The notes under the pieces are model-generated. The model did no database searches and had not been told where the DNA came from. It saw only the letters and a program-made list of their open reading frames with translations. Of a stretch of 64,000 nucleotides of DNA, positions 51,901 through 64,000 are shown in pieces. Numbering within the stretch: the first letter of the stretch is position 1; each line of letters opens with the position of its first letter. Both the position numbers and the translations under genes were made by a program. This stretch comes from Lingula anatina. Its lineage: Eukaryota > Animalia > Brachiopoda. The stretch spans positions 15,810,001-15,874,000 of the forward strand of contig CM120642.1 in the NCBI GenBank assembly GCA_051362555.1, read 5' to 3'.

Positions 51901-54900
51901 ATAATTTATATTATAGAATATATAATAATATTATGCAAAAATGAACCTATTAGTTGGTAACTACATACTAAGAATAAGACAGACATGATATTTATTTTCA
52001 GTTTTAAATTAAATTCTTGGTCTTTTGTTTCATTTACAGTTTACATTGTAGTAAGTTAACTGAATAGGTGAGTCATAAATGTGCAACAAAGTTTTCTCTA
52101 TTTGATGGTAACCGTAGATTGTGGAAAATCTCACAAATACTGGTATTGTAATGAATTCAAAAGTTTAAATGTGAAATCCTACTAAATTTCAATGTTTTGT
52201 TTCTCCACTAAAGCCTCACAGAAAAGAAATCATGGAAGACATAAAAAAAGAAGATGAAAAAGAGGGAGACAGTAGTAATCCACATTTCTTCAGTGCTCCA
52301 GCCTTCTTAACAGTATCAGGACAACTCCACCTAGAAGTATTGACGGGGTATGTCTTGAAGTTATGCTGCCACCTTGTGGCTTGAACATGAATTTATTATA
52401 TGGTGTTTGTATATTTAATGTGTAAATTAATGATAAATTAATGTATGTCACAATTCTGGGAATAAATTCATCAATTCAAACTGTTTTCAATGTCACTTCA
52501 GAAATTGATTTTTCCATTCTAAAAAATCATATCCAACTTTATATACCATTTATAAGAAAGTAAAACAAATAACATACGGTTACTTTTTTTTAGGTCATAA
52601 CTAAAGTACTTATTGAATATTACAAAGATAATTTGTTTTTCAGTGCTTTTTCTAAAGTCTATACCTTTGGTCCAACTTTCCGTGCTGAGAACAGTCGTGA
52701 CAGGCTTCACCTGGCAGAGTTTTATATGGTGGAAGCTGAGCTTACAGATACACACTCCTTACACGATTTAACAGAGGTACATGTTAGGAAATACATTTGG
52801 AATCTAATTTACACTTTCACTGATTAATCAATAGATTGATCAGATAAATAGTCATTTTGTGTTTAATATATTTTCTTCTTACAAAAAATTTCTTTCGGAT
52901 TTATTTTTGCATTGTGTTGTCATTTTTTTTTAAATGCTTTACTTTTCCTCAAATGGTAGTTGTTAAGTGTAAATAATGTTAACTGTCAAAATTTTAAAAA
53001 GAGCAATCATTTTGTTTGTTACACTGCAATATAACAAAAAAGTCTTTTGCTGTGTTTTTCTTTCAGGTCATTGAAAAAACAGTGAAACACACAACTGAAG
53101 CTCTTTTAACCAATTGCCAGTCAGACATGAAGACATATTTCAAACACGTTGCTCCAAGTGAACACCATGTGAGTAAGATATAATTGTCTTTTGTTCATCT
53201 GCAGTTTTTCAATTTTCTGTAACGTTTATTTAAAAAATGTCTAAAAAGGAGTCAGGGAAGTTTAGTGGAGAAGATGGCAACAGAAGTAGTAAGATTATTA
53301 GTTTCCAACATTGTATTTATTCAAATATAATTGTTATTATAACAACTGTTATGTATAAGTGTGGTTTACTATGAAAATGTACCTTTGCCAGTATTGTTAT
53401 ATCATTAAGCTGAAGGTCTTCTAGAGAATAAATCATTATGGTGAATTGTGAGGAAGAGGGGGGGGGGGGGGGGGGGGAACAGAATTGCAACTTCAAAAAC
53501 TTTATATTGAGAATAACTTCTTGGAAATAAACTTTTCTGTTATGATAATTTCATTATTAGGTATTGTATTTTTAGACCCATCTGAAAGAAATGCTTTCCA
53601 ATGATTTTAAAAGGTAAGAAAACTCATATTGTTATCAAATAAATGTTTGATTGCTTTTAATCCAGAAATGTTTGCATGGTAGCAAAATACAATGATGATG
53701 AAGTGGAATGTAAAACAAGCTCACCTTAAAATCTCAGAGGTATTTTGAAAAATACTAAAAAAAGTCCTTCTAAGTGTCGTAATGTCTTTCTTTAAGAAGT
53801 AACAAAGAAATGAAAAAAAGATTGTTTTGCTGTTTAACCTAACAGTGCAGGAGTCATCATAATTACCAGTCTGAGATTATTATTATTATTATTTTTTTTT
53901 TTTGCAGCATTACCTATACAGAAGCAATTGAAATATTAATAAAGCACAATGAAGAATTAACTTTCAAACTACAGGTATGTACTAATATGTAATGAATTAT
54001 TTAAAAAAATTATTGTTTTCTTTATTACCACTTTAATACTTACTTTTACTGGCAGATTCAGGAAACCTCGGTTGATATGCATATTTTGCTTCTGATCCCT
54101 GGCACCAAAGGGCTCATTCTCAATATTAATGAAATTATTGTCTACATAGATTGTTCTAACACTGCAGGGATTCTTGCTAAATGCAGTCAGATTAACATGC
54201 CTCCTCCTGATGTAAAGTAGAGTGCACAAAAGCAAATTGGATGATATGAGTATGTTAGAAACTAGAGGAAGCATGTTAATCTATAAAACTGATTGCATTC
54301 GGCGAGAGTCCCCATGGAGCTGGAGCGATCTTCGTAGAACGACAATTATAGTTTCATTGTGAATAACCCCTAAGCCTGGATTCCTGCTAACCATATGATG
54401 TTCATGGGCTGCCCCGGTGTACCATGAAAATCTGACTCCCCTAAAATGTGACTCCCCAGTCAGATTTTCATTATGAAAATGTGACTCCCCAGTCAGATTT
54501 TCATAATGAAAATGTGACTCCCCCTATGAAATTTTGACTCCCCCCAAAAAAACATTCATTAATTAATTTTTCATTATGAAAATCTGACTGGGGGAGTCAG
54601 ATTTTCATGGGAGTCAGATTTTCATGTTACCCCGGCTTTGAAACCTAAGGAAATTACTTTCACCTACACTGCATTTTTCTTTGTAGACCGATTTTTTTTT
54701 TTTTTTTTTTTTTTTTGACAAAATGCAATTACTCATTTTTTGACATGGCTGTTAGATTATATTTGGAAGGTGATTTGGTAGACACTATGCAGCTATTATT
54801 TTATTTCCCATCTTTAATTTCAACAGACAATTTTACATTTATTTTTGCATGGAGAGATGTTTGAATAACAAATACAGCAAATGTGCATTAGTGCAGATAA

Positions 54901-55240
54901 GTAAGTTATTCAGAAATATTCAGTATGTGAGGTATGCTTTTTAAAACAAAACACTCGGAATATATGAATAATGTGTTATTATTTTTGATTTACAGTGGGG
55001 AGATGATTTGAAAAAAGAACATGAAAAGTTTCTGGTTTCTCACTTTGGCTCTCTTCCTTTGTTTGTCACAGACTTTCCATTAGAACTTAAACCTTTTTAT
55101 GCAAGAAGTAATGAAGATGGAAAAACTGTAAGTATATCTACTTTCTTTTGCAGACAATTTCGTTATTTAAGTTAACAAAAGAGTGCTGATAGAAAGTTGG
55201 GCACTGTTATGATTTTGTTATGATCATTCATGACACAAAA

Positions 55241-55274
<34 letters not shown>

Positions 55275-56092
55275 TAGAAGTCAAAGCAGTACATGGAATC
55301 CTGTTGCATAGCACTGTTAAACTAAGTCTTATTTCATTGATGTTTTTGGAAGGTAGACCATACCTTTAGGTTTTATGATGTATAGTTACAGTAACTGTTC
55401 TTTTATGCTATTTAAATGAAAATTGTTCCAGAAGATCAATGTGTAGCTTACACTGTACTGAAAATATGGTCTTTTTTTGGTGTGCACTTTTGCATAATTA
55501 TGATGTTTTAAATGTGTGGTGTACAAAAGTCGTTCACAAACTATTCCTTCATTCCTGCAGGCAGCAGCAGTGGATTTATTAGTTCCAGATGTTGGAGAGT
55601 TATTTGGTGGAACTATAAGAGAAGAAAGATATGACATACTGAGAGAAAAAATAAACAAATTAGGCCTAGAGGCAGATCTGATGTGGTAAGTATAAAATTT
55701 GGGTTGGTGATTTATATGAACTTTTATTAACATCATATACAGACTGATTTGTTGGTGTACAGACCCTCTGTAATTTTTTAGTTTTTCTTTTTCCTGCAGG
55801 CACTTACAATTTTATTGACTGTGTCATATAGTCATTTTTAATAAAAATATTTTAGTAATCCAAAAAATTCAGTAGTTATGTATCAATTTGAAGATGCCCT
55901 CTTTGAATAATAACATGGCCCTTATGACATCTTTCCCTTTGTTGTAGGTATTTGGATCTACGTCGGTTTGGCTCTGCTCCTCATGGAGGGTTTGGTATGG
56001 GCTTTGAGCGCTACCTGCAGTATGTATTAGGACTTCAAAATATCAGAGACACTATTCCTTTCCCTAGAACTGTAAGGTCATGTAGACTCTAA
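48910..56092 (+). CDS. NARS2: Mitochondrial asparagine--tRNA ligase (~490 aa, 13 exons)
   Basis: Exons 48910-49056, 49842-49951, 50498-50615, 50825-50965, 51525-51605, 52214-52347, 52644-52776, 53067-53168, 53576-53613, 53908-53974, 54996-55127, 55561-55685 and 55948-56092 join in frame. Arg-rich transit-peptide-like N-terminus, OB fold ([18 protein letters not shown]) and class IIb motifs [72 protein letters not shown]. Confidence 0.96.
49991..50300. mobile_element. Dispersed repeat copy B (putative Kolobok-like element) in NARS2 intron 2
   Basis: Starts TTAAAGGGATA and is homologous to 26340-26560. Right boundary is approximate. Confidence 0.6.
53458..53477 (+). repeat. Poly(G) tract, 20 nt
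   Basis: Seen directly in NARS2 intron 8. Confidence 0.95.
54418..54631. mobile_element. Non-autonomous Ginger1-like element (TGT start, CCGG TSD) built from ATGAAAAT(C/G)TGACTCCC subrepeats
   Basis: CCGG|TGTACCATGAAAATCTGACTCCC ... GGGAGTCAGATTTTCATGTTACC|CCGG, with CCGG at 54414-54417 and 54632-54635. The ~17-bp motif recurs internally in both orientations. Confidence 0.8.
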
Positions 56093-58096
56093 AAGTGCAC
56101 ATCTGTCACAGCTGAATTTTTTTTTTGTCTCCTTCGCCCATCGTTTTTTTTTTTTTTTTTTTCATTTTTGACAGGCACCCAAACAAATGTCCACTGACTA
56201 ACCAACAGTTTCATTTTGAAATGAAATGGAATGAAATTGTCGTTCTTATTTTTCTCACTTCATTTTTATCAGTTATGACAAAATGCCTGTTATTTTTTGT
56301 TAAGAATAGATGCTGAGACGATGTGAATTTTTCTGCATTCTCAGTATTCTTTCAGTTGTACTGGATAAAAGACCATGACATTGGAAAAAAATGTAATCAA
56401 TGTATAAAGAATTGTGCAAGCCATTGGATTCTTTTAACTACCAGTGTTATGGAGAATTGTTACACTGAATTTTTAGTGAAAGACTTAGTGCTATTTTCAC
56501 ATATGCAGATGTATAATATAATGCAAACCTTTTTCCCTTGCAAAACAAGGAGATAAAAATCTGAGAAATATGCTACAATAGTAAAAAGTAGTTTACTGAA
56601 AAAATAATTTTGAACTTACATAAAGTTAAATGTTTTGATCATTTTAAGAGTCAATGTCTTGTTAGTAGTCCTTATGATTGAGGAAATCGGTATGTTATGA
56701 AAATATATTTTTTGTTGACTTGTTGTCAAGCTGGATAGGGTAATTGTTTTGTTTATCCTTTTTAATTTATTATCATTCTTACATTTATCAATCAATAATC
56801 AACTTAAAATTACTTATTGTAGTTGGTTTTTCTTGGAACTTCTGGGAAACCTTCAGTGTACAGAGTTTTATAATACCCAATAAATTTGTACAGCAGTACA
56901 ATATTTAAAATACATGTTGAAGTGTATTTGAAATATTTACTATAATACAATAATTCTTACTATGTCTCTTTGGAGGAAATAACATTATGCCAATGGTCAT
57001 TGTCAATTCTGAACACTTTGAACACAAGAATTATTAAAAAAACAATTATAATAAAATAATAGGTGCCATGTTTTTAAACTTAGGTTAGATGTGAGAGCAT
57101 ATGAATAACAAGAAGTATGTCATATACTTACTATTAAGTAATTAAGTGCAAATAAATTACACAACAAATTTATGACTGAATGAAAAAATTGAAGAAGATT
57201 CATGAATTTTAGTAATAATGTCGTAACGTGCTAAACTATTGCTCCATGTTTGAAGATTCCAAGTTTTTATTAATTAATAAACCAATGACCATTCTACTGT
57301 GTAAAAAAGCAAAACTCTGAGTTAGCACAATTTTCCCTATTTGCTCTATTTTCTGTTAAGCTAGCTAGCCTGAAGTGCACTGTGTATTTGTTCTGCTAAA
57401 GCCTTGGGATCTGAATGAACAAGAAGGCATGTACTCCAAAAATAATAAGATTCTAATTATTTTTTCAGTTTGAATGTGATACGTATTAAACAAAGCAGTT
57501 ATAAGTTAGTTAATATATGGAAGAAGCACAGAGACACTGTGATTAAAGCAGTGAAGATGCGGCTGGCATAACCTGTCATGACTTGCAGCAAACCCAGTTA
57601 AAGGCCCTCAGAGTTAGTAGACAGTCCTGTAGATTATGGCAAGTCTTAGAGTAGATGTTCAGGGACGGATTAAGGCAGTCTCCTTGGTGTTTTGGAAGAC
57701 GGTCAGATTTTCAAGTTTACACTGTTGGGCGTATAATTTTTTTCTGTCAGAAGACAGTAAAAAAATGGAGGATGGATCAACAAAGATAATTTGGAAGACT
57801 CTCAGAAAATATCTTTGGGTCTGCTCTGGATGTTGTTTATCTACCATGATATGAAGCAGCCTGCAATGGTGAATATATGCACTGGTATATGACTATAACA
57901 ATTTCATTTTTTTTTTTGAAAACTAAAAAGGTCAGTATACAATTTTGTGTATGTCTTACATTTTCTTTATATCTGATACCATAGTCTATCCTTTGGTCTA
58001 GAGGGACAATGATATCACTTTTCAAGTGATTATGTCTCTACCCTTTGCTAAAAAAATGCAATTTCACTGAAGAAGAAAATGGAAGTAACAATATCT

Positions 58097-58306
58097 TAGG
58101 GTGCATTCCCAGAGATTTAGATCGATCCAGAGATTTAGATTTAGATCCTGGGGGTTCACGCTAAATTGCAGTGCACACCATAGTTAATTAGCCCCTTACA
58201 GCTTTTAGTAGGCGGGACAGACGCTTAAGCCGTCTAAGCTGACAGTAATCTAGTGAGACTCCCCACAGGGATAATTCAATCTAAAATCTATGGGAATGGG
58301 GTCCTA
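58097..58306. mobile_element. Palindromic MITE, same family as 32669-32923
   Basis: Inverted ends tagggtgcattcccagagatttagat / atctaaaatctatgggaatggggtccta. Shares gggg.tt..gctaaattgca and gaga..cccc.cag.gat blocks with the 32.7-kb copy. Confidence 0.75.
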
Positions 58307-59053
58307 AACTCTGTGTTTCATTCATTAAACTGGCTTACCAGTTTTCAACTTGGTGAGTTTATCCATGTATTATATAATATTAGAATTTGGGACTCAATGG
58401 AATGATGATTGGTAAAATGAGACCCCAGGCAAATTGGTCAATTGTGTATTTTGGACTTAAAGCCTGTGTATAGTCCCTGTGGAATGCTTATTCTGAAAAG
58501 CATAAAATGACTTGTTTCTACAGCTGAAGGTACGTCTTTAAAGCAATGTTTGTGTACTTGAAGTCTGTCAAGATTGTGTATCTTGAAATAAATGGTGCTT
58601 GGCCTGTTCCTCTTGGTCATCACTGTTGGCTGTTATCTTCTCATTAGCTGAAGAAGCAAAAAAAATCTATTCACTTGGTCATTGATATTTTATAAGAGCA
58701 AGTATAGGAAGTATAGGAAGTTCAAAAGAAGAAAAGTAAGACCTAAGATGTGCACAAGAACATAATTATATTATTCTTTTATTCAGATTGTGCAATCAGG
58801 TTCTTTATTCTTAGACATCTTTAGGTCTCAATTTAATGCTGTAAAATGCCAGGAACAATATAACAATGGGGCACAGGTAAACTATGTGCAAACCAAACAT
58901 TCATGATTTGATCTCATTAAATGTGACATTGTTCCAGCTTGTGAAAGTATGCCAATCCTTGTGCCCTCTCCCCCCCCCCCATCCCCCCCAGCTTGCATTA
59001 AGTGTGTTAGACTTAATGTAACCTCCTTTACTTATTTTTGAGGACATATGCAG

Positions 59054-61117
59054 TCACTTAAATTGAGCAAGCACTGCACTGGGGTTGCAGATTTTCTCAC
59101 CATTATCCCTTAGCTGCAATTCAGCTGGATCTTTCTTGCCTGTGTCTTTTTGTGGCTCACTGTGATGCTTCTTACGTAGAACAAAGTGTTCCAATGGCCA
59201 AACAATGATGAGCGCAACTAGCGCAGAGATTGCAAAACTTCGGAACATGATAACTCCACCATATTTGTTGTAGATCTGTCCAGCTATCAAGGAACCAATG
59301 CCATAACCTGAAAGATTAACAATGTATATTTATGCAATTTAAACTGTGACACTTAATAATATGCCTCAAACAAAATGTGTAGTGTAGACATCAACTTATT
59401 AAGGTACAGTAAACTCTGGGGACCCAGGACATTGTAAATAAATATACAGGTAGTAAGTGAAGAAGAGCAGGACAGCCTTCTCCTCCCCTCAAATAAAATG
59501 GAATGTTTTTTCTTTTCACAAAGAGTTCAGCATTGAAAGAGTTCTGCATCAGCCATTCATTTAACAAGTTCCAAAAATTATTATTTTTTATTTCTTGTTT
59601 TGATATGATCTCTAATGCAGCCCACATTTTCTAAAAAGAATCCTTACCCAAACTCCAATGCAATCCTCCCACCAGACCTTGCAAGGTAGCAGACATTCCT
59701 GGAGGTGCAATGATATCTGTATACTCCGTAGCAGCAGCAAATAACAAACCATAAGTGACAGCATGGGTGGGCTCTATGAGAAACACGTACCATGGATTGG
59801 TCAGAAATGAATACGCTCCGAGCCGAATAGCATATACTCCCATGGTGATGAACAGAATTGCCTTATGCCCAATTTTGTTGATAATCCATCCAGAAAAATA
59901 TAGCATTGGGCTTTCAGCTGCACAGTTGACAACCAAGGTCAACCCCATGAGTACCTTGGGGCTACACAGCTCCCCAAGGTACCAAAAGAGAAATGTGTGG
60001 AGAGCACCTGCATGCATACCAAAGATGAACATAATTATCAGAAAAATACAAATCTCTGCATCTTTGATCAACAGTGATAGATTCTTCATCATCTGAGTAC
60101 AATGGATGTCCTTCGGGATGTTCATGAAGTAGCCACTCACTGCAGCAAGCATTGACAGAGACCCAGATAGGATGAAGGCTGCATAGAAGTTGGGCTCTGA
60201 AGTTTGCTGAGTAAAGGAGTCCATGAAGAGGCCAGAAATTACCGCAAACATAGCCCAACCAAGTGTACCAAATACTCTGGTACGGCCCCAACTTGTTCTG
60301 TGCTTTTCAGTTAATATGCTTAAAGACATGGCATCTGCTAAAGGGAGGCACACTGCCTGAAACATCTGAGAAAGAAGATACAGAAGGAAGAAAAGCCCAA
60401 ATGTCAAACCCTTGTCATTGACTTTTTGTCTCTTCTGAGGTGTGCTTTCCTTGCAGGCCAGATCACACTTCAAAGCCAATGGACCCTTTACCTGAACACT
60501 GTCAAATTGTGAACTATTCACTTCAAATGAGTCAATGAGGTACTGTGGGCATTTCATTGCAGGTGTTAAATCAAGTTGAGCTTGAGTGACATTTTCAGCA
60601 ATCAGTTGTAATGATACATTTTGCATCTGCAAGCTTTCAAAGTTCTCATAATCTTGGCAATACGCAGTTCTTTGGAGGCAAAGTTTTGCGGCTTCGGTGT
60701 TATTATCCGATATTGTACATGTTAACGAACAGTCGCTTATGAAGTGCAGATAATTGCCGTCCTTATTTGATTGTGGGCACTTATCCTCTTCAGTAGGAGT
60801 GTTGAAATCCAATTCATACAATTGGCATTTACTGACAATAACATTACTATTATTTGCAAATAAATACACCCTGACTGGTTCCTGCCCTGCTGAAACCTGT
60901 GGCACCAAAAGACACATCAAGCCAAACACCGCACCAACTACTGAGGTCAATATCAGGACAAGTTTGTGTTTGTGGAATTTGTCTGCCAGCATACACCACA
61001 ATGGTTTGATGAAGAAACTGATGAAAGGCATCGATCCATAGACAATGGCAGATTCCGATGCACTAAGACCTATGTGCTGCATGTACAGCGGTAGGTAAGG
61101 TACCAATGACGCCATTG
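59054..61117 (-). CDS. MFSD6: MFSD6-like major facilitator superfamily transporter (3' exons; 5' exon not located, probably beyond the window)
   Basis: Exons 61117-59648 and 59307-59054 join in phase 1 (HWSLG-YGIGSLIAG). Motifs PYLPLYMQHIGLS, KPLWCMLADKFHKHK, WGRTRVFGTLGW, FLFWYLGEL, IEPTHAVTYGL and PPGMSATLQGLVGGLHW, plus a large Cys-rich loop typical of MFSD6/MFS_1-like proteins. An acceptor (ttttcag) just before the apparent ATG indicates an upstream exon. Invertebrates carry many MFSD6 paralogs, so the symbol means family only. Confidence 0.85.
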
Positions 61118-61367
61118 CTGAAAAAAATCTGTATGGTTATTTTAAATGGGATTTTACTGCAATCAGATGTATCACAGAAATGGTTTTACAAATATCAATT
61201 CAAATTCAGATTTATAGAAATAAATATCACAGTAAAATATAGAGTAGCCTAATTATGCCATTAATAATTACGTCAGTGTGTTCTATTCTTCTTTTTGTTT
61301 TAAATGCTGCAGATAAGAGTAATAATTCTACATACAAACCTCCTGTTTTAACGATGATTATTTGCTC

Positions 61368-62100
61368 TTTTTATGTACAGACACAGATGTGTCTGTACAT
61401 ATAGCCGTCATCTGCGTCTGTCGTCGCTGTCGCCGTCGTTGCTGTCGTCGCCGTCGCCGTGCACTTTTACCGATAACACGATAAGTAAAAAACTGTTTTT
61501 TCTTTTTGTTTGAAACTTACAGAACTGATGAATATTCATAATACGCAGGTCGAGTTCGAAAATCAGCATGATCGGGTCACTTATAGGGAATTTATGCTGT
61601 TTTTTCACTTTTTTCAGCATATATGCAGCACCGATAACACGATAAGTGGAAAACCATTTTACTTTTTGGCTTGAAACTTACAGAACTGATGAATATACTT
61701 AATACGCAGGTCAAGTTTGAAAATCAGCGTGATTGGGTCATTTTTAGTGAATTTAGGCTATTTTTTCTATTTTTTCAGCATATATGCAGCACCGATAACA
61801 CGATAAGTGGAAAACCATTTTACCTTTTGGCTTGAAACTTACAGAACTGATAAATATTCATAATACGCAGGTCAAGTTCGAAAATCAGCACGATCGGGTC
61901 ACTTATAGGGAATTTATGCTGTTTTTTCACTTTTTTCAGTATATATGCAACACTGATAACACAATATAAGAAAAACAGATTGGCCAATTGTCATTATACT
62001 CACAGGAGTTGCCAATCTTACTAAAACGCAGGTTGAGTTTGAAAATCAGCATAATCAGTCCATTATTTTAGAAGTTATGCTGTTTTTTCACATTTCCTCA
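61368..62100 (+). mobile_element. Helentron/HINE(DINE-1)-like non-autonomous element: hairpin, (GTC)-microsatellite and 4 x 161-bp internal tandem array
   Basis: A T-run is followed by the perfect 14-bp-stem hairpin TATGTACAGACACA-GA-TGTGTCTGTACATA (61372-61401), a gtcgtc/gccgtc microsatellite (~61406-61460), and units starting ac(c/t)gataacac at 61469, 61630, 61791 and 61952. Confidence 0.75.
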
Positions 62101-62489
62101 CATTCAATTCTTAGGCATGTTAACAGTCTCATTATTGAACTAATAAGATACGTAAAAGTGTTTGTTTGACATTTCCTGCATCTTTACAACATTGTTAGTT
62201 GATTTTGTAAAAATGATGGTAAACTTGTTATCATGTATTGTGTAATAAAGTGTCAAAAATGGAAATAAACTCATATCATTGCAGTTTGTCAGATGCATTC
62301 ATCCACTATGTTCAGAATCTCAGAATGGAGGAAGGTGGACATTTAACACTGTTCTATTGATACTTTTCCCATCTCATCAATTTTCTTCATTGGTCATATA
62401 AAAATGGCAGTAAACTGTTTATTTTGTTTTATGTTAAAAAAGTGTTAAAACTGGAAATAAACCCATTTCAGAACAGTGCTGTCTTGTTT

Positions 62490-63720
62490 ACATTTTGGCA
62501 TTTTCAATATGTGACTTTGAAGTTCCATGGGCCTGAAGACTTTTGCTAGTTACATTTTCTGAATAACCATGATACTAATATTTTATAATTAAAAATTGAT
62601 GGTCATTATGCTGTAAAACATTATGTAATATTGCATCAAAATTTGAAGAAACCCCTATTTTGGGCACTGCTCCCATGATGACCATTTAAGGAAAATCATG
62701 TCACTTACTGTTCTCAAACTTACAGGAAAGAAACATGGGACTAAAATACAGCTTCAGTAGGCAATGCAGTCTGTTTGGTAAATTTTTCTGGCAATTAAAC
62801 AGTTTTTTGTGAAAATTTAATTTTTCACATATTGGCATTTCCAAGGTGTGACTTAGAACCTCCACGGGCTTGAAGACCCATGCTAGTCACATTTTGTGAA
62901 AATCCATGACACTTATATTTTATTATTAAAAATCGATGGTCAGTATGCTGTTAAGCATTATGTAATGTTGCATCAAAATAGAAGAAAACACAATTTTTGG
63001 TGCTGCTGCCTTGATGACCATTATGGGAAAACCGTGTTACTTATGACTGTCAAACTTTCAAAAAAGAAACACAGGACTAAAATGCAGCCTGAGTTAGAAA
63101 AGCAGTCTAATTGGCTTCTTTTTCTGGAAGTTATACATTTTAGTGTAATCTTCATTATCTTTTTGGCATATTCATTGTGGGACTCAGAGCTCCCATGGAC
63201 ATGAAGCCAAATGGTAATCATATCTTCTACATGTCCATCCTATTTATAGTCAATAAACAAAAATTGGTGATAATTATTCTCTAATTTATTATGTAATGTT
63301 ACATCAAAATTGACAACAATCTTTTTGCACTGCTACTGCAAACATTATGAAAAGAAAACTGTGCTACTTATTATAATTTTAAACTTACAAGTACGATTTT
63401 TAGGATTGGCCTTCAGCTCATGAGAAAACCAGCTCTATTGGATTATCATGTTTATTGTATTTATGCATTTTTTGTGAAATTTTCATTTTTCTCATTCTGG
63501 CACTTTCTAAGTATAAACTTGAACTCTGATGGGCCTGGAGCCTTATGCTTTTACTTTCGTCTGTGTTACCTGTTGTGCATAAGTTGATGTTGACTGTGCA
63601 GTTAAACATAATGTATTATTGCATCAGGATTGGTAGTCTCCTATTTTGGGCATTATGGTTTTGTGCTTTTCTTAAGGTGTGACTTATGGGCCTGAAGACC
63701 TTTGAGTGGGTCAGTCTGTA
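62490..63720 (+). repeat. Diverged tandem array, ~335-bp period
   Basis: The anchor motif atgggcctgaagac and variants recur at ~62526, 62863, 63194, 63528 and 63685, with shared attgatggtca..atgctgt..cattatgtaat.ttgcatcaaaat blocks. Confidence 0.75.
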
Positions 63721-64000
63721 AATTACCCTTGGGTATCACTAGATTAATTTCAGAGTTATAAAGTCATTTGCTTTAATAGGCCATTAAATGAGATTACGTA
63801 AAGCACACTTGTTGATATTTCCCTGTAAACTCCCAAAGGTAAAGCTCTCTGCTAGATTAATAATAAGGAAGCAGTGATAATTATGCAGGTAAATTTTGTT
63901 TAATATTGCAAATAAGTTATATATATATATATATATATCAAACTGGAAGATTAAAAGTTTGAATAGCATCTTCATTGGAATTGTATTTACCTCAAGCTCT

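Noticed and set aside
59755-61041. Plus-strand and alternate-frame ORFs overlapping the MFSD6-like exon
   Set aside because: They are antisense or out-of-frame shadows of a well-supported coding exon.
28979-61117. Functional endolysosomal cluster (VPS9 GEF, LAMTOR1, MFS transporter)
   Set aside because: The genes are interleaved with unrelated DR1 and NARS2; ordinary housekeeping-gene clustering explains the arrangement.

Overview
This is AT-rich animal genomic DNA with GT-AG introns, microsatellites and MITEs; an invertebrate, plausibly a mollusc or other lophotrochozoan (inference). The left ~25 kb is gene-poor and keeps its CpGs. It holds a secreted neuropeptide-type precursor (6454-7959) with 12 tandem GFP(V/M/I)F(S/N/G)-amide hexapeptides and Cys-rich modules, and a two-exon ankyrin/coiled-coil gene. 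The right ~38 kb is a compact, CpG-depleted housekeeping cluster: an atypical VPS9-domain gene (-) head-to-head with DR1/NC2-beta (+), LAMTOR1 (-) head-to-head with mitochondrial NARS2 (+), and the 3' part of an MFSD6-like transporter (-). The two main findings are the GFPxFS-amide precursor, which I cannot match to a named family (closest is the GxPMFVamide/PxFVamide family), and a duplicated LAMTOR1 exon 2 in which each copy encodes its own dileucine lysosomal sorting motif. Several non-autonomous DNA transposons (hAT5-like, Ginger-like, Helentron-like, Kolobok-like, foldback MITEs) can be read from their termini. All exon structures were derived by hand from splice signals and reading frame; no database searches were run.
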